A stretch of 64,000 nucleotides of DNA from Candidatus Paceibacter sp. (GCA_020724905.1 DYGB01000001.1:1866-65865); one strand, 5' to 3'. Numbered from the stretch's first letter, positions 9,020 through 18,939 are shown. Made by a program: numbers and translations. Notes: generated from the letters alone by a model not told the origin.

Positions 9020-10011
9020 GATAGTGGTGTTACCTGTATTGGGAATTCCTTCCAACGAGGAGAAGAAAACGCATCTTTCTTTAACGCTCCCTCAGAAGCT
9101 CCTTTGTGTTCCACAATTGATGTTGCATTCGCACTCCCCCTACGAAGTGCTTCCTGTATCACATCTACATCAAACGTATCGTGCCCAAGAAGTGTAGAAA
9201 TAAATCCAGAACCAAACCCATCACCAGCCCCTGTTCTGTCAACAAGTTTCTCTTCAGGAAACGATCCAGCCTCGTATCGATATGATCCATCAGAAACAAT
9301 TACTCCTTTTTTTCCTCGTGTCACCACAACAATACCTGCAACTTGTTTATCTAATACTGCAAATACTTTCTCTGGAGTATCAAAGGAAATACCGGTAATT
9401 ATAGCAGCCTCATGTTCATTAACAAATAACACATCAACAAAAGGAAGGTGTTCCCATAACTCTTTAGATCCTTCTTTGATGTGTACACTACTTGGGTTAA
9501 GGGCAACACGAATACCCTCTTTTTTTGCATGGGAAAGAAGACGATCAAATGTCTTGTATGAATAACCCGGAAGAGATACATACCACCACTGTGCAGCAAG
9601 TTTTTCTCCAACAATAGCATCAAGAGAAAACTGATCAAGCGCTCCGTGATGTGTGATAATACTTCTCTCACCATCTTGTAAAAGCACCACTGCCTGTCCT
9701 GTAGCACCCTCAACACGTTCAACCATATCATGAGAAACTCCTTCACGATCCAACCGTTCATATAACAAATTGGCAAACACATCATTCCCCACAGCACTCA
9801 CTAGTGCGGTAGAGTATCCTTGCCGTGAAAATGTAATTGCTGCATTAACAGCATTTCCTCCAGTCGTACTATACACTCCCTCAGATGCATGTTTTTCTCC
9901 AAACGGAATAGCTAGCGCTTTTCCACTTGGGTTCTCCCAAGTAACATAAGGAAAAGAAACATTCCAGAATGAATCAATAGTACTTGAACCAATACAGATA
10001 ACATCTTTCAT
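9016..10011 (-). CDS. PfkB family carbohydrate kinase
   Basis: GGNAVNAA; VNEHEA; VTRGKKG; DRTGAGDGF. Confidence 0.92.
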   Translation of the reverse strand: MKDVICIGSSTIDSFWNVSFPYVTWENPSGKALAIPFGEKHASEGVYSTTGGNAVNAAITFSRQGYSTALVSAVGNDVFANLLYERLDREGVSHDMVERVEGATGQAVVLLQDGERSIITHHGALDQFSLDAIVGEKLAAQWWYVSLPGYSYKTFDRLLSHAKKEGIRVALNPSSVHIKEGSKELWEHLPFVDVLFVNEHEAAIITGISFDTPEKVFAVLDKQVAGIVVVTRGKKGVIVSDGSYRYEAGSFPEEKLVDRTGAGDGFGSGFISTLLGHDTFDVDVIQEALRRGSANATSIVEHKGASEGALKKDAFSSPRWKEFPIQVTPLS

Positions 10012-10013
10012 AC

Positions 10014-11012
10014 CTAACTACGTTTTCTTTTTATAACTTTTTGAGTAGCAATAATAATATCAGAAGAAAGAAGTTTGTACTGTTTGTACAATTCATACCC
10101 AGTACCTGATTGACCAAATTGTCCATCAACACCAATAAACTCCATAGGAACAGGATTCTTTTTTGAAAGTAGTTCTGAAATTGCAGATCCAATTCCTCCA
10201 TAGATAGAATGTTCTTCAACACTCACCACAGCCCCCGCTCGAGCTACCCATGAGAGAATCTCTTTGGTATCAAGAGGAACAATTGAAGGAACGTTAATAA
10301 CGACACTATGAATCTTTTTCTTTTCAAGATCACGAGCTGCCTTAAGAGCTTCATGAAGTACCGGTCCTGCGCCAATCAACACAACATCAACACGTTTTGT
10401 TTTAGGAATCCAGAGTGGATAGGCTCTCCCTATCTGAAATGGTGTATCTTTTGTTGTGATAACAGGTGTTTTCTCTCTTTGTAAACGAATATATACAGGA
10501 CCCCTCACTCCTGCTGCAGCAACAGTAGCTCGTTGTGCCTCAAGCGCATCAAGAGGAACAAGAACTCTCATATTTGCCATAGAACGCATCAGTGCAATAT
10601 CTTCAAGACTCTGATGTGTTGCTCCATCAGGACCAGTTAACAGCCCCGCATGATGTCCTGCTATTTTGACATTCGAATCGTTATACGCACACAACGTACG
10701 AATCTGTTCCCAGTTTCTTCCAGGAGAAAATGTTGCATACGAGTTAATAAAAGGAATCTTTCCAGAAATACCCATCCCTGCAGCAACAGCTGCCATATTC
10801 TGCTCAGCAACACCAACATCAAAGAATCGATCAGGATAGAGACGAGAAAACCAGTGACATCGAGTTGATTCTTCCAAATCAGCGGTAATAACAACAACGT
10901 TTTCATTTTCTCCAGCTTCTAAAAGACCCCTCCCATACCCATCTCGAAGAGCCTGCATGTCTTCATGCCCTGAAAAAAGTGTGTGTGAAAGTGAAAGCGC
11001 TTTGTGTATCAT
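10014..11012 (-). CDS. Transketolase, C-terminal subunit
   Basis: GVAEQNM; GPDGATHQ; VEEHSIYGGIG. Confidence 0.93.
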   Translation of the reverse strand: MIHKALSLSHTLFSGHEDMQALRDGYGRGLLEAGENENVVVITADLEESTRCHWFSRLYPDRFFDVGVAEQNMAAVAAGMGISGKIPFINSYATFSPGRNWEQIRTLCAYNDSNVKIAGHHAGLLTGPDGATHQSLEDIALMRSMANMRVLVPLDALEAQRATVAAAGVRGPVYIRLQREKTPVITTKDTPFQIGRAYPLWIPKTKRVDVVLIGAGPVLHEALKAARDLEKKKIHSVVINVPSIVPLDTKEILSWVARAGAVVSVEEHSIYGGIGSAISELLSKKNPVPMEFIGVDGQFGQSGTGYELYKQYKLLSSDIIIATQKVIKRKRS

Positions 11013-11347
11013 GCTTCTTCTTTACCTAAACGAATAATACGAACGTGAAACCAAAAGAGTGGTAACCCTACAAGAATAAACGCAAGTGACTGAGAAAGTT
11101 CTCTGTGAGTACGAGCTGTTTGTTCTTTTTGTTGATATTCCTCTAACTGTTGTTGATCTATATCTTTCTCTCCATCAGGTGTTTCAAGCCGCATAGGGTA
11201 TGCATAGTATGAATCAGCATCGGTAAATACAAATGAGCGAAATCCAAGATCAATCATCTGCACAGATCCAATAACTAAAATAATGAGCCCAACTGATGCA
11301 AAGATATACAGATACAATGTTCGAATGAATGTAGATTGAAGTGCCAT
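11009..11347 (-). CDS. Small two-TM membrane protein
   Basis: TM helices at both ends (LYLYIFASVGL...; LAFILVGLPLFWFH) with a polar loop between them. Confidence 0.75.
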   Translation of the reverse strand: MALQSTFIRTLYLYIFASVGLIILVIGSVQMIDLGFRSFVFTDADSYYAYPMRLETPDGEKDIDQQQLEEYQQKEQTARTHRELSQSLAFILVGLPLFWFHVRIIRLGKEEA

Positions 11348-11362
11348 AGTTATATATATTAC

Positions 11363-12220
11363 TTATTCCTCCTCACTTTTAATTTTTCCCCCAAGCTTTC
11401 GAAGCTGTCGCAGTGCTTCTCGTGCTTGTTTCTTGTTTGGTGGCATCCCATGCCACACATATTCTCGTTCCATAAAATCAACTCCTTTCCCTGGTATGGT
11501 ATGAGCAATAATAACGGTTGGTTTCTCATAGACTGCCTTTGCTTCGAATACTGCGCCGATAAATTCCTCAATATTATGTCCATCAACATCAATAACGTTC
11601 CATCCACATGCTTCATATTTATCTCGAAGTGGCTCTAAAGGAAGTACATCCTCTGTATACCCATCAATCTGAATATTGTTCCGATCAATAACAGCGGTAA
11701 GGTTGTTGAGACGATATTTCCCTGCAAGCATAATAGCTTCCCAGGTATTTCCTTCTCCATGCTCTCCATCAGAAAGAACAACATAGGTTCGAAACTTCTT
11801 CTTGTCTAGTCGCGCACTCAATGCAACACCAATTCCCTGAGAGAGTCCTGATCCAAGAGGACCTGATGTTGTTTCAATTCCAGGAAGTGAAAGGCGGTGA
11901 GGATGTCCTTGTAGAGGAGAGGCAAATGAACGAAGTGTTTTTAACTTTCGGAGAGGAAAATATCCAGAACGTGCAAGCGCTGCATATTGGATAGGACAAA
12001 TATGCCCATTAGAAAGGATAAGCCGATCCCTCTCATCATATGAGGGATCCTTTGGATCATGGTTAAGAATATAAAAATAAAATGCACTCATTATATCTGC
12101 CATACCAAGAGGTCCTGCAGAATGCCCTGATCCTGCACTCTCAAGCATCCCAATAACATCTTGGCGTAATTGATTTGCAGTACTGTACAATTCTTTTATA
12201 CGTGCATGTGAGATATACAT
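11363..12220 (-). CDS. Transketolase, N-terminal (TPP-binding) subunit
   Basis: SGHSAG; RDRLILSNGH; LQGHP; SDGE...GNTWEA...DRN; GKGV...WHG. Confidence 0.93.
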   Translation of the reverse strand: MYISHARIKELYSTANQLRQDVIGMLESAGSGHSAGPLGMADIMSAFYFYILNHDPKDPSYDERDRLILSNGHICPIQYAALARSGYFPLRKLKTLRSFASPLQGHPHRLSLPGIETTSGPLGSGLSQGIGVALSARLDKKKFRTYVVLSDGEHGEGNTWEAIMLAGKYRLNNLTAVIDRNNIQIDGYTEDVLPLEPLRDKYEACGWNVIDVDGHNIEEFIGAVFEAKAVYEKPTVIIAHTIPGKGVDFMEREYVWHGMPPNKKQAREALRQLRKLGGKIKSEEE

Positions 12221-12221
12221 A

Positions 12222-12848
12222 TCAAAGTGATATAAGTTGACGATACGCTAATGATGGATCGTTATGCTGCCAAATAAAGGATGCGGAGATAATTCGTTCA
12301 ATTCCTTTCCCTCGTAAATGCAGTGCTGCTTCCGGTTCTATTCCTCCATCAACACTCAGTATACCATGCGCAGATACCTGCCTCAACGTTGTTATATGAG
12401 CATCAATCATATGAGAAAATGATTGTCCAGATGCACCAGGACTCACTGCGAGAAGTAATGTATGAGAAGCAACATGGGAAGAAAAAAATGAACGGATAGT
12501 TTCCTCTGTATCATGAATATCAAACACAGGAACACTTTTCTGATACTCCCACAGTGTATCATCTTTTACCGCTCGAGGATGAAAATATAGATAAGAAAAA
12601 AGATCGTCCTCCAAAAGATCTGCAACATCTTTACACGAATGCACCTCTCTCATCACATGTGCCTCATAGGTAAAAGACGGATACTGAGCCATCACCGCTC
12701 TGTCCCAATATGAATCTTGAGAAGAAAATGGTTTTTGAGATATATCAATATGTAGTGCTGAAGGAAATGGAGAAAAATGACTCACCGCCTCAAGACGCTC
12801 TGAGAAACATTCAGGAGAGGAACAATTAAGAGCAGGGATAACTATCAT
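12222..12848 (-). CDS. rpe: Ribulose-phosphate 3-epimerase (divergent)
   Basis: HIDI; EAHVM; VSPGASGQ; VDGGI; located between rpiB and transketolase. Confidence 0.82.
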   Translation of the reverse strand: MIVIPALNCSSPECFSERLEAVSHFSPFPSALHIDISQKPFSSQDSYWDRAVMAQYPSFTYEAHVMREVHSCKDVADLLEDDLFSYLYFHPRAVKDDTLWEYQKSVPVFDIHDTEETIRSFFSSHVASHTLLLAVSPGASGQSFSHMIDAHITTLRQVSAHGILSVDGGIEPEAALHLRGKGIERIISASFIWQHNDPSLAYRQLISL

Positions 12849-13312
12849 ACAGAACCAAACCCATTACGTGTTTCAATGTCTTTTATATCCTGGATACGTT
12901 TTAGATGTTGAGGATCATTATCAAACGGAGTATCAAGCCATGCAGATACAATTTGAATCGCCTCATCTCGAGAAAGCATATCAGCCCCCAGTGCAAGCAC
13001 ATTCGTATCATCATGTTCCCGAGATACTGCCGCATGCTCAGGAGAAAAACTTAATACACTTCGAATGAAACGAAATTTGTTTGCTACGATATCAACACCA
13101 ACACCAGACCCACAAATAACAATCCCCCGATGATTAAATGGATCTTTACTTACTGCCTCAGCAGTTTTTGCTGCAAACTCTGGATAATCATCATTCTCAT
13201 CGTACTCACTATTCCCACAATCAACAACGTGATACCCTACCGATTTCAGGTAGGTAATAATCTCTTCTTTAAGGGAAAATCCCCTATGATCAGCTCCAAT
13301 ACAAATAACCAT
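12845..13312 (-). CDS. rpiB: Ribose-5-phosphate isomerase B
   Basis: GADHRG; DDYP; ICGSGVG; ANK; REHDDTNVL. Confidence 0.94.
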   Translation of the reverse strand: MVICIGADHRGFSLKEEIITYLKSVGYHVVDCGNSEYDENDDYPEFAAKTAEAVSKDPFNHRGIVICGSGVGVDIVANKFRFIRSVLSFSPEHAAVSREHDDTNVLALGADMLSRDEAIQIVSAWLDTPFDNDPQHLKRIQDIKDIETRNGFGSV

Positions 13313-13338
13313 ATATCTTAGTATACAAAAAAATCTCC

Positions 13339-14316
13339 TTACTGTAACGTGGCAGAACTTGGAGTAATGCTCTGAACCTGATATCGCTCAGAAAGCTTGC
13401 TGTCAAATAACGAGACCGACTCAATTCCTTCCATAGAAACATCAACAATCCCCACCATTCCACGCATGGTTTCATCAGAAAAATACTGATCAAAGATAAA
13501 ATTCCCAAGGCTGTAAAAAATAACTCCTCCCTTGTACCAGGCAACATCTTGAACGACATGGGGATGATGCCCCACAACAATATCAACCCCTGCATCAATA
13601 AGACGATGTGCAAGATTCTCTTGTCGTTGATTAAATACTTCGTATTCCTCTCCCCAGTGCAGTGAAACAACCTGAATATCACTTATCTCCAAAGATTCCC
13701 TTACACGATCAAATACCAAAGGATCATCACACCCAAAAAGTCCAGGAGTATTTCCTGCACGAGCAAACTCTCCAAACACATCACTACAAGCAAAAAAAGA
13801 AACACGTGGATTTTCCCCCACAACAACAATTTCAGATGCTGCCTCCTTATTCTCCCCCACACCAACACTTTCAATACCATGTGCGGACAATATGCTAACA
13901 GTATCTAGTAACGCCTCAGCACCCCAATCATAAATGTGATTATTAGCAAGAGAAAGAACAGAAAAATGACTCTCTAAAAGACCCTCTATGACACGAGGAT
14001 CGGAACGAAAAGAATATACCGAACCCATATCAGTCCCTCTCTCAGAAATAGAAGTCTCTAAATTTCCAAACACAATATCACTATCAGAGAAAAAATCCTT
14101 ACTCACCCCAAAAGGATAGAGCGGATCATCTTCTTCCTTGATAATCTTCCCCACACTACGAGAAAGCATAATATCCCCCACAACTGCAATTGAAACAGAT
14201 TGAGGAGAAGAGTTTTCTTGCATGAGAGACTCATCCCTTTTCTCTTCAGGAGGAAATATAAAAACAAACGAAAGAATAAACAAGCACACAACACCTATCC
14301 ATAAAAATTGTCTCAT
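13339..14316 (-). CDS. CapA/PgsA family membrane-anchored metallophosphatase
   Basis: VGDIML; GNLE; LANNH; HWGEEY; GHHPHV; YSLGNF. Confidence 0.9.
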   Translation of the reverse strand: MRQFLWIGVVCLFILSFVFIFPPEEKRDESLMQENSSPQSVSIAVVGDIMLSRSVGKIIKEEDDPLYPFGVSKDFFSDSDIVFGNLETSISERGTDMGSVYSFRSDPRVIEGLLESHFSVLSLANNHIYDWGAEALLDTVSILSAHGIESVGVGENKEAASEIVVVGENPRVSFFACSDVFGEFARAGNTPGLFGCDDPLVFDRVRESLEISDIQVVSLHWGEEYEVFNQRQENLAHRLIDAGVDIVVGHHPHVVQDVAWYKGGVIFYSLGNFIFDQYFSDETMRGMVGIVDVSMEGIESVSLFDSKLSERYQVQSITPSSATLQ

Positions 14317-14319
14317 ATA

Positions 14320-15345
14320 CTAGGAACGGTGTTGAGCAATTGCTTCTGCATGAGCACGAAGTGTTGCTACATACCCCCACTCATTGTCATACCATGAAAG
14401 AATCTTTACCAAATCTCCATCAACAACACGGGTATAGGAAAGATCAACAAGAGCTCCATAGGGCATACCAATAACATCTGAAGAAACGATAGGATCATGT
14501 GTCACAGCAAAGGTTCCTCTCCATCGTGGGTCAGAAGCTCCTTTCTCTAAAATACTATTCACTTCCTCAACACTTGTTTTCTTCTTTGATACGAATACAA
14601 CATCAGCAACTGATCCAGCAATAACAGGAACACGAAAGGCAATACCATCAAATGTATCTGCAAATGATGCTTGTGCACGCCCCAGTGCATGAGCAGCTCC
14701 TGTGCTAGAAGGAATAATATTCTGAGCAGCAGCACGTCCTCGTCTCACATCCTTTCCTTTTTGCACTGTATCAACAAGACTCTGTGTTGATGTATACCCA
14801 TGGACCGTACTCAACATTGCCTTTGTAATACCAATTGTTTCAGAAAGAAGCGCAAGTGGAGGAGAAATTGCATTTGTCGTACATGATGCATTCGAAGAAA
14901 TAGAGCAGGTAGCAAGGTCACCCTCATTAACTCCAATGAGGACTGTTTTCCCCCTCTCCCCATCATCATCCTTAGAAGGAGCGCTCATGAGTACATGTGA
15001 AGCTCCTGCGCTCAAATGAGCAGAGGCTTTTTCATAGGTAGTAAATACACCTGTTGATTCGATAACAATATCAACACCTAGTTCTTTCCAGGGAAGCTTA
15101 GTAGGATCAGGTTCATGAAAAAACGGAATGCTTTTATCACCAACGATAATATGATCACCCTGAACTTTTACCGACTCACCAAAGGTACGATATACAGAAT
15201 CGTATGTGAGGAGATAAGCAAGATTATCTATATTACCAAGGTCATTAACCCCAACAATCTCACACCACTCTTGATTATAGACCTGCCTAAAAAATAATCG
15301 TCCGATACGACCAAATCCATTTATTGCAATACGTACTGGTTTCAT
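14320..15345 (-). CDS. gap: Glyceraldehyde-3-phosphate dehydrogenase (type I)
   Basis: INGFGRIGR; SNASCTTN; WYDNEWGY. Confidence 0.96.
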   Translation of the reverse strand: MKPVRIAINGFGRIGRLFFRQVYNQEWCEIVGVNDLGNIDNLAYLLTYDSVYRTFGESVKVQGDHIIVGDKSIPFFHEPDPTKLPWKELGVDIVIESTGVFTTYEKASAHLSAGASHVLMSAPSKDDDGERGKTVLIGVNEGDLATCSISSNASCTTNAISPPLALLSETIGITKAMLSTVHGYTSTQSLVDTVQKGKDVRRGRAAAQNIIPSSTGAAHALGRAQASFADTFDGIAFRVPVIAGSVADVVFVSKKKTSVEEVNSILEKGASDPRWRGTFAVTHDPIVSSDVIGMPYGALVDLSYTRVVDGDLVKILSWYDNEWGYVATLRAHAEAIAQHRS

Positions 15346-15390
15346 GTTTCTATTTTACCGCATGAAACATGATATATCCAGAAACACCCT

Positions 15391-16575
15391 TTATCGTATC
15401 TCTGCTCCTAACTCTTCTTGAGTTTTTTGAATAATGGTTCCTTGGATATTATTTACCTCATCATTGGTAAGGGTTCTTTCTGGAGAACGATACACGATAC
15501 GAAATGTGTAACTCACTTTCCCAGAACCAAATTTTTCTTTATTTCGATAGGTGTCAGTAAGTTTAACCTCCTCAATAAGATCATCAGCACAATCACGAAC
15601 AATTTCATAATAGTTATTCAAGCTTGTTTCCTCAGGAACAATAAAAGAAATATCTCGATAGGTCATAGGGTACTTACTCACCTCTTCATATACACTATCA
15701 AGACCTCTAAACTGATCTACGATACGAGGATCATCAGACCAAAATACACGGATATCAGGAATCTGCATCTTTGCCATAGCAAGTCGCTCAAGTCCAAATC
15801 CAAATGCCCATCCGTTATATACTTCAGGATCAACTCCCATACGTTTAAGAACTTCAGTGTGCACCACTCCGGCACCAACGACTTCAAGCCATTGTTTCTC
15901 TTCTTTTTCCTCTTCATCATTCCCCTTTCTCATAACTTCAATTTCAATCTGCGTACTTGGATTCGTAAACGGAAAAGTATCTTCTAAAAATCGATAGGTA
16001 ATACCATCTCCATAGATAGCTTTGGTAATAGCGGTTAACACTTCCTGTAGTTCAGGAATTCCAATAATATGTTTTTCTTTTTTGCAGATATAGAGTCCAT
16101 CTACCTGATGGAATACAGGAAAGTGATTCCTGTCTATCTCATCTTTCCGAAATACTTTCCCATGCGCTAAAAGACCCACCTCTCCTTCTTGTTCCAATTC
16201 TTCCATCGTTTCTTTCCGACGAAGATAGTAGGGCCACATCGTTGTCGTATGTGTTCGAAGTACATGAGTATCGTCAACATAATATGTATCAGTTTCATTC
16301 CGACTTGGATGATCTGAGGGTGTGTTTAAAATATCAAAATTATCCTCAACACTGACAATTTCAGGAAAATGCATTACATCAAACTGTGTAAACATATCCA
16401 ATGCAAGCACTGCATCAACAATATATTTGATAGGAGACCTTTCTTTTCGAGACAGATCAGGTAAGTGTAAAAGACGTTGCAAGCGAAGACCCTTAACATC
16501 TTCGCGTGTTTCAACGTCTTTTCTCAGTTTTTCACTGACAGGATCTGTGATATCGATATAATGTCTATCTGTCAT
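15391..16575 (-). CDS. Phenylalanine--tRNA ligase, monomeric (alpha catalytic domain fused to an FDX-ACB anticodon-binding domain)
   Basis: NFDILNTPSDHPSR; LRTHTT; FRKDEIDRNHFPVFHQ; FPFTNPS; GWAFGFGLERLAM; C-terminal SKYP..RDISF...YRSPERTLT..EVN...IR. Start ATG 16575; the track start lies inside the tRNA. Confidence 0.9.
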   Translation of the reverse strand: MTDRHYIDITDPVSEKLRKDVETREDVKGLRLQRLLHLPDLSRKERSPIKYIVDAVLALDMFTQFDVMHFPEIVSVEDNFDILNTPSDHPSRNETDTYYVDDTHVLRTHTTTMWPYYLRRKETMEELEQEGEVGLLAHGKVFRKDEIDRNHFPVFHQVDGLYICKKEKHIIGIPELQEVLTAITKAIYGDGITYRFLEDTFPFTNPSTQIEIEVMRKGNDEEEKEEKQWLEVVGAGVVHTEVLKRMGVDPEVYNGWAFGFGLERLAMAKMQIPDIRVFWSDDPRIVDQFRGLDSVYEEVSKYPMTYRDISFIVPEETSLNNYYEIVRDCADDLIEEVKLTDTYRNKEKFGSGKVSYTFRIVYRSPERTLTNDEVNNIQGTIIQKTQEELGAEIR

Positions 16576-16649
16576 AATAATCCCAGTGTACTGAAAAAAA
16601 GACTGAAAAACAAATAAAAACACCTCTTTAAAAGAGATGTTTATATCTG

Positions 16650-16735
16650 TGCGCGAGAGAGGACTCGAACCTCCACGGGACGTAATGCCCACTACCACCT
16701 CAAGGTAGCGCGTCTACCAATTCCGCCACCCGCGC
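16650..16735 (-). tRNA. tRNA-Leu(GAG)
   Basis: GCGCGGG acceptor stem; CTACC-TTGAGGT-GGTAG anticodon arm; long variable arm; GGTTCGAGTCC; no encoded CCA. Confidence 0.95.
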
Positions 16736-16790
16736 AAAAAGAACACTGCTATTATCAACTAAACGAATACTATTTGCAAGTATACATATA

Positions 16791-16820
16791 AAAAGAGAGC
16801 TCAGGCGAGCTCTCTTTTTT
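16791..16820 (-). terminator. Intrinsic terminator after rplS
   Basis: AAAAGAGAGCTC-loop-GAGCTCTCTTTT. Confidence 0.8.
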
Positions 16821-17145
16821 AGAGTGATACTCCAATCTTCTTTCGAGACATTCTCTTAGAGACTTTTCTAAGATAATAGAGTTTTGCACGACGAACACGT
16901 GTTGGTTCAGTTACCACGGTAACTGATGCAATAAGTGGTGAGTGAAATGGATAAATCTTTTCAACCCCAACACTGTCAACAACACTACGAACGATAAAGG
17001 TAGCATTCTTCTGCGTACCATTCTTTCGTGCAAGCACAATGCCACGAAACGGTGTTGTTCGTTCTTTATCTTTTTCCTTGATACGCTCTTGTACTACAAC
17101 GAGCATTCCAGGTTTAATTTTCTCAATTGCTTCTATTCCAGTCAT
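16819..17145 (-). CDS. rplS: 50S ribosomal protein L19
   Basis: RIKEKDKER; FRGIVLA; GVEKIYPFHSP; VRRAKLYYLR. Confidence 0.95.
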   Translation of the reverse strand: MTGIEAIEKIKPGMLVVVQERIKEKDKERTTPFRGIVLARKNGTQKNATFIVRSVVDSVGVEKIYPFHSPLIASVTVVTEPTRVRRAKLYYLRKVSKRMSRKKIGVSL

Positions 17146-17178
17146 ACGAAACGATACTACCTTAAAGAAGAAAAAATG

Positions 17179-17868
17179 TCAAAGAGAAACAAGCTCATTC
17201 ATATCACTCCACAGAGGAGCCTCAATAGTTCTCCTCTCACCATCAAGATCTAAAAATGAGATAGAAAAAGCATGAAGCAAATGCCGAAGCACAGGAACAT
17301 CCTTATTCTTTTTAGGGCTGTAGAGCTTATCTCCTACGATAGGGTGATTAATGCTATTCATATGTACTCGTATCTGATGCGTTCTTCCCGTACGGGGTGT
17401 TATTTCAAGAAGTGTACAGGTACGTCCTCCCCACTCAAATACTTTAAGGGGATTGTATGAGGTAATCGCCTCTTTCCTCATCTTCTGTCCATGAGTACTT
17501 CTTCGAGTTGACCCTCTCACAAGACCAATGGCAGCATCGATAGTTCCAGGTTCTGTCACCTCTCCATGAACAATCCCTAGATACACTTTATGTACCTGTC
17601 GTTCTAAGAACTGTTTTTTTATATGTATATAAAATTCCTGACTTCGAGCAACAAGAAGTACACCACTTGTTTCACGATCAAGACGATGTATAACACCAGG
17701 ACGATGTATAAGATCATCTCCTACCTCTGCGATTTCAGGGAACATCTCCTGAGCCCATGAAACAACTGTCTCAATTTCACTCTGATGAGAAAAGGTATGC
17801 ACAAGCACACCAGGAGGTTTATTGATAGCAACAACGTGATCGTCTGTATATACAACAGGAATATCCAT
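17179..17868 (-). CDS. RluA family pseudouridine synthase (no S4 domain)
   Basis: INKPPG; HRLDRETSG; TGRTHQIRVH; IVGDKLY. Confidence 0.93.
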   Translation of the reverse strand: MDIPVVYTDDHVVAINKPPGVLVHTFSHQSEIETVVSWAQEMFPEIAEVGDDLIHRPGVIHRLDRETSGVLLVARSQEFYIHIKKQFLERQVHKVYLGIVHGEVTEPGTIDAAIGLVRGSTRRSTHGQKMRKEAITSYNPLKVFEWGGRTCTLLEITPRTGRTHQIRVHMNSINHPIVGDKLYSPKKNKDVPVLRHLLHAFSISFLDLDGERRTIEAPLWSDMNELVSL

Positions 17869-17872
17869 TTTG

Positions 17873-17946
17873 TGGGCGATAGAGGACTTGAACCTCTGGC
17901 CTTCACAATGTCAATGTGACGCTCTAACCACCTGAGCTAATCGCCC
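17873..17946 (-). tRNA. tRNA-Val(GAC)
   Basis: GGGCGAT/ATCGCCC acceptor stem; TCACA-TTGACAT-TGTGA; GGTTCAAGTCC. Confidence 0.95.
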
Positions 17947-17959
17947 TCTATCTTTTATG

Positions 17960-18031
17960 TGCGTGTGGAAGGAATTGAACCTTCGACCTCTGTCTTATCA
18001 GGACAGCGTTCTACCACTGAACTACACACGC
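17960..18031 (-). tRNA. tRNA-Ile(GAT)
   Basis: GCGTGTG/CACACGC acceptor stem; CTGTC-CTGATAA-GACAG; GGTTCAATTCC. Confidence 0.95.
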
Positions 18032-18072
18032 AAAAACATACTACCCGATTGTATCCACAAATAACTTTTTTT

Positions 18073-18342
18073 TCAAGGTGTCACTGTTGGTTGAGACTCC
18101 CCTATCCCTAAATCAGACAATTCATCAAGATGAAATCCAGCTGATTCCTCCATCGTTGTTGTTTCAATATCAAGTGCAGTATCAATGCGTCCAGCAAGAA
18201 AACTAATTGAAACAACAAACAGAATAAGGACTCCAATGCTCAAAAGAATGCCAACAACAATAAATACCACCTCCTCACGTTGAGAACGAGACTCTGTGAT
18301 ACGTTCAAACCATCCTCGTATACGTACGATAAGTTGTTTCAT
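18073..18342 (-). CDS. Small single-TM hypothetical protein
   Basis: 89 aa, one TM helix, 3 nt downstream of the PilO-like gene. Confidence 0.65.
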   Translation of the reverse strand: MKQLIVRIRGWFERITESRSQREEVVFIVVGILLSIGVLILFVVSISFLAGRIDTALDIETTTMEESAGFHLDELSDLGIGESQPTVTP

Positions 18343-18345
18343 AGG

Positions 18346-18879
18346 CTATTTAAAATACACATACCCATTAAATGATAATCGCATCACATCACTCCGTTCT
18401 TGATTCCTCATATCAAGAGAATCAATACGAATAGAAAAGAACTGTTCTTCAAGATGTTTCATAAATGAAATAAGTTGAGAGGGTCGTCCCTCAGCAGTAG
18501 CAGAAAACGCAATTAAGTTAAGCCCTCCTCCTGCGCCAGGTTCTTCATTTCCAAATGAAAAGGTGAACACAACATCATCACCAGCAGCAACTTCCTTAAG
18601 TCTATTATTGTATTCAACTAAATCATCTTTACTAGGAACAAGAAGAAATACATCATCTTTGTACAAACGAGCTTGATCCCATTGCTTTTTAAGAATAGAA
18701 AGTCCTTCGGTTGATTGAATCAACAACGATCGTTGTGATTGAAGCGTTGCAATAGATTCAGCCTCCTTGTTAATATTCGCTCGAAAAAGAATGAAGAACG
18801 TAACAAAAATAATAATCACAACACCAAGAATAATTAATTCTCGTGTGAGTGCCTTTTTATAGTCAGTGCGAATAATCAT
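18346..18879 (-). CDS. PilO/GspM-like type IV pilus alignment protein
   Basis: N-terminal TM helix, coiled coil, VPSKDD, ferredoxin-like tail (AEG..QLISFMKHLE...IRIDSL). Confidence 0.6.
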   Translation of the reverse strand: MIIRTDYKKALTRELIILGVVIIIFVTFFILFRANINKEAESIATLQSQRSLLIQSTEGLSILKKQWDQARLYKDDVFLLVPSKDDLVEYNNRLKEVAAGDDVVFTFSFGNEEPGAGGGLNLIAFSATAEGRPSQLISFMKHLEEQFFSIRIDSLDMRNQERSDVMRLSFNGYVYFK

Positions 18880-18939
18880 AACAAAGAGTGGAAATCAATA
18901 TAGAAATGATACACAATAACAGTATACCGCAAAAGAGCT

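Noticed and set aside
16576-16698. N-terminal extension (apparent presequence) of PheRS
   Set aside because: The track start lies inside tRNA-Leu(GAG); it is an artefact of longest-ORF calling.
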